64,000 nucleotides of DNA from the human T2T-CHM13v2.0 reference genome, Homo sapiens, in NCBI RefSeq assembly GCF_009914755.1, contig NC_060936.1. One strand, 5' to 3'. Below are positions 61,491-64,000 of the stretch, piece after piece; the first letter of the stretch is position 1, and every line of letters starts with the position of its first letter. A program made the position numbers and the translations under genes. The notes beneath the pieces are model-generated. The model had not been told where the DNA came from. It was given only the letters and a program-made list of their open reading frames with translations, and made no database searches.

Positions 61491-62126
61491 TAAAGGCTCT
61501 TTTCCTATATAACACTACTACTGCCTCAATAAATGACCACATCCCCTCTCTTTTATTCCTAGAAAAGCTGTTTTAAAGATTTGTTATTTGTTTAAATTCC
61601 CTGGTCTCCGCTCCTGTCTACTGTACTCGTTTTAGATATCTTTCTAATGTACTAAGAAAATAGAAACTGACATTTAGATTTCTTTTTTTAAACCACTTTC
61701 TCTACCACTTAAAAAATGATTTATATCTTAACTAAGTTTTTCTCCTTATTCAGAACTCAGAAGGAATAACTTCTGTTTACTCCTTTTTCCTTGATAAAAT
61801 TCAAAAATTTTTAATATATATTTTACATATATTCACTTACAAATATTTAAATAGAATCATACTGTATGATTTTTTTCTAATTTTTACATAGTATCTAAAA
61901 TATTTTTACATGTTATTAAGTATTCTTTTACACCACTATTTTTACGGGCCACATGGACTTTTCTTGCATAAAAACTTAGTATAGTAGTTCCCTGTTGGAT
62001 AGTTAGGTTGTTTTTCTTCCTTATAAGCAGTGACAGTTTGAGTTTTTTTGGTAAATCTTTGAAACTATATGTCATCTATATATAAATCTATAACGATGTC
62101 TTTGAATGAATCTGTGAATAACATGT

Positions 62127-62430
<304 letters not shown>

Positions 62431-62841
62431 AACATGTTTATTTTCTAAGTGTTATTTGGTAGGAGAAAGATCTCTGAGATCAAATGATACTCATGTTTTT
62501 AATGCTTTTATAGAGAATATTGTTAAATTATCCTTCAGAACCGATATAACACTATGTATTTCTACTCTCTGTATGAGTTTCTGTTTACCTAAACCTTTGC
62601 CAAAACTGGATATTATAGTTTTTCAAACACATTTCACATTTTACATCTGTGTTTCTCGTGTGCATCAAATATTACTTTGTTTTAAAAAATCATGTCATTG
62701 CTCATTTTAAAAATTATAATATCAATCCTTTTTATAATGATTTAAAGTAATTTAATATACATACATACACACACAAACACATAGTTTTCTAGGCTATTGT
62801 TTATCATTTAGTATTGTGTTATACTTTGCCTAAGTTTTTAA

Positions 62842-63217
<376 letters not shown>

Positions 63218-64000
63218 TAAGAAGAGCCTTCCTTGCTCTTTAATATTATAAATATATTGACACATTTTCTTCTTTTTTAAAAATTTTACATTTAAATTTC
63301 TTACTCACCTGGAATTTGCTTAGTATGGCATGAGGTAAAAAAAATTAATTTTTTTTGTTTTGCACTAATGATTTATCGCAGAATTAATTATTGAAAATGC
63401 TATTCTTTCTTCACGTGTATATGAAATACTAGCTTTTTATATCAGAATTATTGATTCAGCTCTTCATTTTGTTTTAAATATTGTATCTTTTAATATATTA
63501 TTTTTTAATTTGATCTTTTTATTGAAAAGTCATCAAGCACATTCTTAAAAAGAAAATAAATAATGTAAAGGATGGGAAAGTCTCTACTATGAGGCTAACT
63601 GCTATTATAGTTTCTTTATTTCATTCTAAAAATATATGGTTCATTTGCAAGCATATAGCTAATCTTCTTTTTATTACCTAGATAGAAATACACCATATAC
63701 ACAGTTGCTCTGTACCCTTTTTTACTATGTGTCACCAAATACAGATCTAACTAATTTTCTCACTTTTTACAGCTATATACTAATCCAACTTAAGAATCTA
63801 AAACAATAGTTTATTATTGTTTGAACGTGTTTTTTTTTCCAGTATTTTTTTGTCAAAAACTACCGTAATATTCTACATCCTTATCCTATTCTTTGCTAAC
63901 ATGCAATGTAGGATAAATTTCTCGAAGTGGAATTTATTGTGTCATAGACTGTGACAAGTTACAAACAATGTAAATCAGTCTTGGCTAATTTCAGAAGAGA

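Overview
Primate genomic DNA (catarrhine, human-like; AluY is present). It is AT-rich and densely packed with interspersed repeats. I count about 47 Alu-family elements (FAM/FLAM/FRAM, AluJ, AluS, AluY), many old L1M/L2/MIR fragments, a full-length Tigger1, Tigger3a/4a/7-type elements, hAT MITEs (MER1, MER5A, MER20, MER30, MER103), a half MADE1, a solo MER50-type ERV1 LTR and MaLR LTRs. I can support no intact protein-coding gene, RNA gene or CpG island. The ORFs in the track are Alu, L1, Tigger or low-complexity artefacts. A visible T>A skew and mostly antisense old L1s suggest a large intron of a gene transcribed on the + strand, but I cannot name the gene. I found no convincing new biological system. 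The best leads are: (1) an AluY + 36-bp foreign spacer + AluS composite inside one target-site duplication (30772-31439), a possible Alu 3' transduction or ectopic conversion; (2) a fold-back hairpin with 45-bp arms (4984-5085); (3) a candidate 22-nt microexon (60081-60102); (4) several templated-insertion or template-switch scars. Subfamily names come from recalled consensus sequences, not a search. Boundaries of old elements are approximate.
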